This document shows positions 57,253 through 64,000 of a stretch of 64,000 bases of DNA, piece by piece. The notes below the pieces were generated by a model that saw nothing but the letters and a program-made list of their open reading frames with translations, ran no database searches and had not been told where the DNA came from. Made by a program: the position numbers and the translations under genes. This stretch comes from Longimicrobiales bacterium (lineage in GTDB: Bacteria > Gemmatimonadota > Gemmatimonadetes > Longimicrobiales > Gaopeijiaceae), in assembly GCA_965202805.1 (NCBI GenBank), contig OZ241869.1:2464001-2528000 (forward strand), read 5' to 3'. Numbering within the stretch: the stretch's first letter is position 1; the number at the start of each line of letters is the position of its first letter.

Positions 57253-58157
57253 CGGCCATCCTCCTTCCCCGTCCCCCCGAGGCCGGCAAGCCTCCCCGCC
57301 AGCGCCCGGAAGGCGCGCGCGCTCGGCGAGTCTTCTCCTGCGGCGACGACGGGAGTGCCGCGGTCGGAGGTCTCGCCCAGACGGGGGTCGAAGGGGATCC
57401 TGCCCCAGATCTCCAGACCGGTGGCGCCGGCCAGGCGCGCGACGCCGTCTCCGGGAAAGAGGGGATCCGAGTGGCCGCAACACGGGCAGACGTATTCGGT
57501 CATGTTCGCGACCAGCCCCACCGTCGGGATTCCCTGTTCACGCGCCAGGCGCGCCGCCCGGGCCACCACCCGGCGCGACATCTCGGACGGAGTCGTCACC
57601 AGAAGCAGCGTCGCGAGCCCGGGCAGGAGCTGGAAGACACGCTCCATCTTGTCGGTACCCGGCGGCAGGTCCAACAGAAGGAAGTCGAGCTCGCCCCACG
57701 CCACATCCGACAGAAACTCGCGCACGGCCCCGGTCTCCATCGAACTCTGCCACAGGAAGCCGTCACCGGAGGGCGCACGCCAGCGCAGGGGAGCGTCGGC
57801 GTCGTTCTGCAGCAGCTCCATCGACATCACCCGGACCCCGCACGCGGCCGGCGCCGGAACCACGCCCTCGGCCCCGTCCACCAGCCGTTCCCCGGACGCG
57901 CCCAGCATGCGGGCCAGCGACGGGCCGTTCAGGTCGGCGTCCAGCGCGCCCACCGAACACCCCTCTCCGGCGAGGGCGGCGGCCAGGTTTGCCGTCACCA
58001 GGCTCTTGCCCACTCCGCCCTTGCCGCTTCCGACCGCGACCAGGTTGCGAATCCCCGCCAGCCGGCCGTCGAGCCGCCGCCGCTGGCCCCTGATCTGATC
58101 CACGAGCAGGTCGCCCGTCTGCGACTCCACCTCGTGGTAGGTGCGGATCTTTCTCAT
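57249..58157 (-). CDS. Mrp/NBP35 Fe-S carrier ATPase
   Basis: GSGKGGVGKS, LDADLNGPS, WGELDFLLLDLPPGT, ANM..CPCC, IPFDP. Confidence 0.92.
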   Translation of the reverse strand: MRKIRTYHEVESQTGDLLVDQIRGQRRRLDGRLAGIRNLVAVGSGKGGVGKSLVTANLAAALAGEGCSVGALDADLNGPSLARMLGASGERLVDGAEGVVPAPAACGVRVMSMELLQNDADAPLRWRAPSGDGFLWQSSMETGAVREFLSDVAWGELDFLLLDLPPGTDKMERVFQLLPGLATLLLVTTPSEMSRRVVARAARLAREQGIPTVGLVANMTEYVCPCCGHSDPLFPGDGVARLAGATGLEIWGRIPFDPRLGETSDRGTPVVAAGEDSPSARAFRALAGRLAGLGGTGKEDGR

Positions 58158-58181
58158 GGGTCCCGGGGCCTGCGGAGCCGG

Positions 58182-58427
58182 TCAGGGCAGGAGTTGCGTG
58201 CCGTCGGAATCGAGCACGGAAATCGCGTCCACGGGACACTCGTCGCAGGCATCCAGCAGGGTTTGGCGGTCCACCTCGTCGATGCCCTCCCTGAACACGG
58301 CGATCCCCTCGTCATCCAACTCGAACGCGGCTTCCGCGGCCTCGATGCAGTCACCGAATCCCACGCAGAGGTTGCGGTCGATCCGGATCCGCAGGTCTCC
58401 GACCCGTCGCTCCTGAATGTCGCTCAC
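58182..58427 (-). CDS. Single-cluster ferredoxin, likely [3Fe-4S]
   Basis: IDRNLCVGFGDC ... ACDECPVDAI (CxxFxxC..CP; the second Cys is replaced by Phe). Confidence 0.85.
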   Translation of the reverse strand: MSDIQERRVGDLRIRIDRNLCVGFGDCIEAAEAAFELDDEGIAVFREGIDEVDRQTLLDACDECPVDAISVLDSDGTQLLP

Positions 58428-58510
58428 CGGGATCCCGTTGCTGAGGTGAAGTCCTCGCCGGCGTCGACGTGGACGGGTGAACATCTCCACGCCCGCAAAG
58501 CCGGGCAAGG

Positions 58511-58542
58511 TTGAAGGCGTGCGGTATCGACAACTATTATCA
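58511..58542 (+). promoter_or_regulatory. Putative hemA promoter with an overlapping Fur-like half site
   Basis: TTGAAG (58511) - N18 - TATTAT (58535); CGACAAC-T-ATTATCA at 58528-58542 has one perfect Fur half site. Confidence 0.4.
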
Positions 58543-58627
58543 TCTTCTGCCTGCCCGCTTTTCGCGAAAGGCCCGGGACTCGCCCGGGACGGATCGGGCC
58601 GGCACGACGCTTCAATCCAGGGAGACC

Positions 58628-59947
58628 GTGGAACTCCTGGTATTCGGTACCAACCACAGGGTCGCCCCGGCCGCGGCCCGGGACCGTCTGGCGCTTTCCG
58701 GCGAGGAAACGCGCGAGCTGCTCGGAACGCTCGTCGACGGCGCGCACGGCGACCGCCTGATTCGCGAGAGCGTGGTCCTTTCGACCTGCACGCGGACCGA
58801 GGTCTTCGCCTGGACGCGGGAGCCGGTTCGGGCCATCGAGCTGGTGCGCCACAAACTGCGCGACGTCAAGGACAACGACGCCGTATCCACCGAACGTCAC
58901 ACCTTCTCGCTGAGCGGACGCGAGGGGGCTCATCATCTCTTCCGCGTGGCGGCCGGGCTCGACTCGCTCATGATCGGCGAGCCCCAGGTGCTGGGACAGG
59001 TGCGGCAGGCCTACGCGCTGGCGGAGGAGGAGGGAACGTGCGGGCCGTATCTGACCCGCCTGTTCCAGTCGGCCGTGCGCACCGGCAAGCGCGCGCGCGC
59101 GGAAACGGATATCGGCAAGGGATCGGCGTCGGTGGCGTTCGCCGCGGTGCGACTGGCCACCAACATCCTTTCCGACCTCTCCGACCAGGCCGTGCTGGTG
59201 GTGGGCGCGGGACGCACCGGCGCCCAGGCCACACGCAACTTCGCCGCGAAGAAGCCCCGCAGCCTGACCATCGTCAACCGCACCGCCGGCCGCGCGCAGG
59301 CGGTGGCGGACGAGTGCGGCGGGACCGCGCGGCCGTTCGACGAACTCCACGCCGCGCTGAAACAGGCAAGCGTCGTGGTGACCGCAACCTCCGCCCCGAA
59401 TCCGGTGATCACCGCCGCGACCCTCTGCGCCATAATGCGCGAGCGGGGCGGAAGACCGCTGGTGATCATCGACATCGCCAATCCCAGGGACGTCGAATCC
59501 AGCGCCGGGCGGATTCCCAACGTCTTCCTGCGCGACCTGGACAGCCTGGGCGACATCGTGCAGGAGAACCTGATCCGCCGCAGCAAACAGATTCCCCACG
59601 TCGAGCGCATCGTCGAGGAGGAACTCCAGAACTTCGTCGACTGGTTCGACACGCTGCAGGTGGTCCCGGTGCTCCGGTCGCTGCGCGAGAGCTTCTACCG
59701 GATCGCGGACGAGGAAGTGCGCCGGCACCTGGGCAGCTTCGACGAGTCCAGCCGCGACCGCCTGGAACGCTACACGCGCTCCCTGGTGGCGCGGCTGCTG
59801 CACCAGCCCACATGCCACCTGCGCGAGCTCGACCTGGAGACGTCCGAGGGGGTTTCGAGCCTGGCCGCGGTCAAGGAGATCTTCCAGTTGACGCCGGACG
59901 AGCCTGCCGGGTCCAACGGCGAGCAGGCGCGCAACGGCGCCGGCTGA
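58628..59947 (+). CDS. hemA: Glutamyl-tRNA reductase
   Basis: GTNHR, LSTCTRTE, HLFRVAAGLDSLMIGEPQVLGQ, VVGAG, VNRT, DIANPRDVE, LLHQP. Confidence 0.96.
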   Translation: MELLVFGTNHRVAPAAARDRLALSGEETRELLGTLVDGAHGDRLIRESVVLSTCTRTEVFAWTREPVRAIELVRHKLRDVKDNDAVSTERHTFSLSGREGAHHLFRVAAGLDSLMIGEPQVLGQVRQAYALAEEEGTCGPYLTRLFQSAVRTGKRARAETDIGKGSASVAFAAVRLATNILSDLSDQAVLVVGAGRTGAQATRNFAAKKPRSLTIVNRTAGRAQAVADECGGTARPFDELHAALKQASVVVTATSAPNPVITAATLCAIMRERGGRPLVIIDIANPRDVESSAGRIPNVFLRDLDSLGDIVQENLIRRSKQIPHVERIVEEELQNFVDWFDTLQVVPVLRSLRESFYRIADEEVRRHLGSFDESSRDRLERYTRSLVARLLHQPTCHLRELDLETSEGVSSLAAVKEIFQLTPDEPAGSNGEQARNGAG

Positions 59948-59995
59948 GCGCCGCGACGGACGGCCCTTCCCGCAAAACGGCGGCATTCCCGACGC

Positions 59996-60979
59996 ATGGC
60001 CTATCCGCAGCACCGCCTCCGCCGCCTCCGGCAGTCGCCGGCCTGGCGGCGCCTGGTACGCGAGAGCACGCTCCGGGCCGGCGACCTGGTGTATCCGCTC
60101 TTCGTGGTGCCGGGGGAGGAACGGCGCGAGCCCGTGCCCAGCATGCCCGGCGTACACCGCCTCTCCCCGAGGCTGCTGGTCGAGGAGGCCGGGGCGGCCG
60201 TGGACGCGGGGGTGGGCGCCGTGCTCCTCTTCGGGGTGCCCGACCGCAAGGACGCGCTCGGAACCGGCGCCTACGCCGACGACGGCATCGTACCCCGGGC
60301 GGTGCGCGAACTCAAGGCGCACTACCCCGGCCTTCTGGTGTGGACCGACGTGTGTCTCTGCCAGTACAACGACCACGGCCACTGCGGCGTGCTGGCGCCG
60401 GACGGCACCCTGGACGAGGAAGCCACTCTCCCCCTGCTCGCGCGGGCGGCGGTTTCGCACGCTCGCGCGGGAGCGGACGCCGTGGCCCCGAGCGACATGC
60501 TGGACGGGCGCGTGGGCGTGATCCGCGCGGCCCTGGACGAGGCCGGCCACGGCCTGACCCCCATCGTGTCGTACGCCGCCAAGTACGCGTCCGCCTTCTA
60601 CGGTCCCTTCCGTGACGCCGCCCACTCGGCGCCCTCGCACGGCGACCGCCGCACCCACCAGATGGACCCCGCCAACAGCGACGAGGCGCTGCGCGAGGTG
60701 CAGGCCGACCTGGAGGAGGGCGCGGACGTCGTGATGGTCAAGCCGGCGGGCCCGTGCCTGGACGTGATCCGGCGGGTCAGGGATACCTTCGGCGTGCCCA
60801 CCGCGGCGTACCAGGTTTCCGGCGAGTTCAGCATGCTGCGGGCTGCGGGCAAACGCGGCTGGATCGACGAGAAGGCGGTGGCGCTGGAGAGCCTGGGCGC
60901 CATCAGGCGGGCGGGCGCGGACATCATCGTCACCTACTACGCCGTGGAGGCCGCACGCTGGCTGCGCGAAGACGCCTGA
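59996..60979 (+). CDS. hemB: Porphobilinogen synthase
   Basis: RLRRLR, DVCLCQYNDHGHCG, APSDMLDG, SYAAKYASAFYGPFRDA, MVKP, AYQVSGE. Confidence 0.97.
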   Translation: MAYPQHRLRRLRQSPAWRRLVRESTLRAGDLVYPLFVVPGEERREPVPSMPGVHRLSPRLLVEEAGAAVDAGVGAVLLFGVPDRKDALGTGAYADDGIVPRAVRELKAHYPGLLVWTDVCLCQYNDHGHCGVLAPDGTLDEEATLPLLARAAVSHARAGADAVAPSDMLDGRVGVIRAALDEAGHGLTPIVSYAAKYASAFYGPFRDAAHSAPSHGDRRTHQMDPANSDEALREVQADLEEGADVVMVKPAGPCLDVIRRVRDTFGVPTAAYQVSGEFSMLRAAGKRGWIDEKAVALESLGAIRRAGADIIVTYYAVEAARWLREDA

Positions 60980-61665
60980 CGATCCGCCCGGAGAACCGGG
61001 TTCCGGCCGCGCTGGTGGGCATCATCGTGGTCCTGGCCGTCGCGCTTGTGACCATGTCGTTCAACCGGCCCGGGGTCGAAGCCTACGTTCCGACGCCCCC
61101 GAACCCCTCCGAAGCCGGCGAGACGCTGGTCGGCCCCGTCGAGTACACCGTGGATGCCACGTCGACCGACGCGTGGCAGTTCTTCGACTTCTCGCGCGGG
61201 TCGGTGGTGGGAGACCCCGGGGCCCGCGACTGGGACCTGGCCTTCCGGCGCTTCCACATCATCGCCAACGGCGGCCCCGGCTTTTCCGGTGACGGCGGGA
61301 TCATCCGTCTGGAGGACGCCGACTTCGACGCGGTCTCGGAGCTGCCCGACGCACCCTACGTGGAGACCAGGGTCCGGCGCGATTCGGTCAACGCCGCCAT
61401 CGAGCGCTGGTATGCCTACGGCTGGACCAGCCATCTGCTGACGCCGCACCCCGCCGTCTACGCGGTCAGGACCGCGGACGGACGCTACGCCAAGGTGCAG
61501 CTGCTGGGGTACTACTGCCCGGGCGCCCAGCCCGGCTGCCTGACCTTCCGCTATGTCTACCAGGGTGCGGGGGGACGCGCGCTCGGGGCGCCCGGGGAAG
61601 CCGGCACGGTCGTGAATCGCGAGCCGGACACCCGGGATCCACCCCCCTCCGCGGGCGAGCGATGA
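60976..61665 (+). CDS. HmuY-family heme-binding protein with N-terminal membrane anchor
   Basis: VDAT...W.FFDF, WDLAFRR..I..NGG, WYAY, VYAVRTADGRYAKVQLLGYY, TFRY; start codon uncertain (CTG 60976 or GTG 61015). Confidence 0.8.
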   Translation: MTIRPENRVPAALVGIIVVLAVALVTMSFNRPGVEAYVPTPPNPSEAGETLVGPVEYTVDATSTDAWQFFDFSRGSVVGDPGARDWDLAFRRFHIIANGGPGFSGDGGIIRLEDADFDAVSELPDAPYVETRVRRDSVNAAIERWYAYGWTSHLLTPHPAVYAVRTADGRYAKVQLLGYYCPGAQPGCLTFRYVYQGAGGRALGAPGEAGTVVNREPDTRDPPPSAGER

Positions 61666-62051
61666 CACCCATCCCGGCACCGGACGCGGGGGACCGCAGC
61701 CGGGAGTTGCGCCGAACGCTCCGGGAGCGACTGGCGCGGGGCATCTACGAGCGCGAGAAGGCCCGCGACCCGACCCGGAGCAAGCGCCAGTCCTCGTGGG
61801 ACGACCTGAACGCCGGCCGCCGCGCCACGCGCCTGAACTACGCCGACGAACTGCTCACCACCCTTGCGGGGGCCCTTGACGTCGACTGGGCGACGGTCGA
61901 AAGCCTGGAAGCCTGTGCGGAGGCGGCGCTTGCGGCGGGAGGCGGGGATCGCGAGAGGGTTGCGGCCGGCACGCGGGAACTGGCCGAAGTGCTTGCCGCG
62001 CTGGTGCCGAAACCCGCGGGCGAGGCCCGGGGCAAGAGCGGATCAGTTTAG
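61662..62051 (+). CDS. Hypothetical protein
   Basis: 129-aa ORF translationally coupled (ATGA) to the hmuY-like gene; no recognised motif. Confidence 0.55.
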   Translation: MTPIPAPDAGDRSRELRRTLRERLARGIYEREKARDPTRSKRQSSWDDLNAGRRATRLNYADELLTTLAGALDVDWATVESLEACAEAALAAGGGDRERVAAGTRELAEVLAALVPKPAGEARGKSGSV

Positions 62052-62074
62052 CTAAACTAATCGGACTAAGTCCG
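62045..62074. other. Two adjacent palindromes between convergent genes (possible terminator or protein-binding site)
   Basis: AGTTTAGCTAAACT (perfect 14-mer) and CGGACT-A-AGTCCG. Confidence 0.45.
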
Positions 62075-62094
62075 GTCAGCCTCCAGCCGCTCTT

Positions 62095-63381
62095 TCAGGC
62101 GATGCGACGCTGCTTGCGCCTGAGGAAGTCCATCATGATGTACTGCCCCAGGGTGAGCGAACTCGTGAAGTAGGCCTTTCCGCGCGAGATCTCGGCCACT
62201 TCGCGCACGAACCGCACGAGGTAGGGATCGCGGGCCAGCATGAAGGTGTTGATGTGGACGCCCGCGTTCCGGCACGCCGCCACTTCGCGGAAGGTCCTCC
62301 GCAGAATCAGGCCGTCGGGCGCGCCCGAGTTCTTGTAGATGCGCCCGTTGGGAAGGGTCACCGCGGAGGGCTTGCCGTCGGTGATCATGATGATCTGCAT
62401 CATGTCCTTCTTCTGCGCCTTGAGCAGGCGGCGCGCGATCAGGAGGCCTTCCGCGGTGTTGGTGTGGAACGGCCCCACCTGCGCCCGAGCCAGCTGCGAC
62501 AGCGGGATCTCCGTCGCGCGGTCGCCGAAGGTCACGACCTTGAGGACATCGCCCGGGAACTGCGTGCGGATCAGGTGGGTCAGCGCCAGGGCAACCTGCT
62601 TGGCCGGACCGAAGCGGTCCTCGCCGTAGAGGATCATCGAGTGCGACACGTCGAGCATGAGCACCGTGGCACAGGAGGACCGGTACTCGGTCTGGTGCAC
62701 CATGAGGTCCTGGTAGTCGAGCTCGATGGGGATGGACAGCCCTTCCCGCTCGATCGCGCTCCGGAGGGTGGCGGGAATGTCGAGGTTGAGGACGTCGCCG
62801 TACTCGTAGGGGCGGCTCGCCGCGTCGGCCTCGACGCCGGTGGCCAGCTTCGGGGTTTCATGGGAACCGAAGCTGGAGGTCCCGCTGGCCGAGAGCAGGT
62901 TGCGCAGGGCGCGATACCCCAGGAAATCCATCCCCTTGCGCGTGAGACCGAAGTTCACGCTGCGGGCGGCGTCCCTGGCCTCGTCGATGTGCCCCTGGCC
63001 GGTCATCTCCTGCGTAGGCGGCATGGCCTTGCCGCCCTCCAGCGTCAGGTAGCCCTCTTCCACGAGCTTCTGGACGATGTCGTCGATGAGCTGCGCGATG
63101 CGGCGCTGGACCTCCTCGTCGCCCTCGCCCTCGCCGCGGAGCTCCTCCAGCATCTCCGGGGTGAACTGCCCGCTCTCGATGAGGGCGTCGAGGATCGCCC
63201 GCTGGAGGGCGTCGTAGGAGCTCGTGTCCTCGGTCCCGGACCATCCCCAGTAGGGATGGAAGTGCGGGCCGCCGGCAAAGCCGCCGTCCATCAGGAAGTC
63301 GGTCAGGTGCTCGAGCAGGGCCTCGAGGTTCAGGGCGTCGAGCAGGCCGGGCCGGTACTTTGTGTAGGTCGTGAAGCGCAT
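62095..63381 (-). CDS. VWA domain-containing protein
   Basis: [51 protein letters not shown]. Confidence 0.9.
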   Translation of the reverse strand: MRFTTYTKYRPGLLDALNLEALLEHLTDFLMDGGFAGGPHFHPYWGWSGTEDTSSYDALQRAILDALIESGQFTPEMLEELRGEGEGDEEVQRRIAQLIDDIVQKLVEEGYLTLEGGKAMPPTQEMTGQGHIDEARDAARSVNFGLTRKGMDFLGYRALRNLLSASGTSSFGSHETPKLATGVEADAASRPYEYGDVLNLDIPATLRSAIEREGLSIPIELDYQDLMVHQTEYRSSCATVLMLDVSHSMILYGEDRFGPAKQVALALTHLIRTQFPGDVLKVVTFGDRATEIPLSQLARAQVGPFHTNTAEGLLIARRLLKAQKKDMMQIIMITDGKPSAVTLPNGRIYKNSGAPDGLILRRTFREVAACRNAGVHINTFMLARDPYLVRFVREVAEISRGKAYFTSSLTLGQYIMMDFLRRKQRRIA

Positions 63382-63470
63382 CGCCCTGCCCTCGCGGAGT
63401 GAGCGTCCGATCACGCCCGCCGGTCGGTCACCTGGAGCGCCCGGCGGCGCGGCCAGCCATCCACAGGAGA

Positions 63471-64000
63471 ATGGAAGCCATCCACGAAAGACTGCTCGCG
63501 TGGTTCGACGCGCACAAGCGGGACCTTCTCTGGCGCGGCGTCGGCGACCCCTACGCGGTGTGGGTCTCCGAGGTCATGCTGCAGCAGACGCGAGCCGGCT
63601 CCGTGGTCCCCTACTACCGGCGCTGGATGGAGCGGTTCCCGGATGTTGACGCTCTTGCCGACGCCGACCTGGAGGAGGTGCTGCGGCTTTGGCGGGGGCT
63701 GGGGTACTACGCCCGCGCGCGCAATGCACACCGGTGTGCGCAGCGGGTGCGCGACGCGTGCGGCGGCGCTTTCCCGTCGTCGGCGGACGGCCTGAAGAAG
63801 CTCCCGGGAATCGGGCCTTACACCGCCGCCGCCGTGGCGAGCATTGCCTTCGGGGAGGCGGTGCCGGCCGTGGACGGCAACGTGCGCCGCGTGGTGGCGC
63901 GGCTGTTCGACCTCCCCGATCCGCCGTTCGCGGAGGTGCGTAACCGCGCGGCGGACCTGATGGACACGGCCCGCCCCGGTGACTTCAACGAGGCGATGAT
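63471..64000 (+). CDS. mutY: A/G-specific adenine glycosylase (partial, runs off window)
   Basis: My own translation: MEAIHERLLAWFD..RDLLWR..DPYAVWVSEVMLQQT..W.GLGYYARARN..LPGIGPYTAAAVASIAF..VDGNVRRV..PGDFNEAM; AGGAG RBS. Confidence 0.95.
   Translation, partial: MEAIHERLLAWFDAHKRDLLWRGVGDPYAVWVSEVMLQQTRAGSVVPYYRRWMERFPDVDALADADLEEVLRLWRGLGYYARARNAHRCAQRVRDACGGAFPSSADGLKKLPGIGPYTAAAVASIAFGEAVPAVDGNVRRVVARLFDLPDPPFAEVRNRAADLMDTARPGDFNEAM

Overview
A GC-rich bacterial chromosome segment with about 60 densely packed genes. Gene content suggests Gemmatimonadota (Longimicrobiales-like); this is inference only. I found no rRNA, tRNA, CRISPR array or intact transposase. In order: feoB (partial) and feoA behind a perfect Fur-type palindrome; a Tat amidase; a MoxR-DUF58-Bat(VWA/TPR) operon interrupted by a beta-propeller lipoprotein; a GlcF-GNAT-flavoprotein-NSAR/OSBS operon; an orphan MshEN-type PilB/GspE ATPase; a TAXI-TRAP transporter with an amidohydrolase; a small accessory patch (decayed AAA/DUF4143 gene plus a leishmanolysin-like protein lacking its catalytic Glu); a PQQ-quinohemoprotein/DUF6152/DUF6644/cytochrome c cluster; several hydrolases; a respiratory and heme locus; a VWA gene; and partial mutY. 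The best candidate for an undescribed system is the roughly 20 kb respiratory and heme locus (41.5-61.7 kb). A non-canonical CydA-like protein (no CydB, no Q-loop motif, E445-equivalent replaced) is co-oriented with three membrane c-type cytochromes (5 CxxCH motifs; one fused to an EbdC/NxrC-like heme-b domain), an amicyanin-type copper lipoprotein and a complete A1 heme-copper oxidase. Upstream lies a putative maturation module (ferredoxin, Mrp ATPase, Zn-ribbon protein, tandem-USP protein with Cys-Pro motifs, radical SAM/SPASM enzyme) in which three proteins carry four copies of the small PCP_red domain. This block is divergent from hemA-hemB-hmuY. All family calls come from motif recognition by eye, not database searches.
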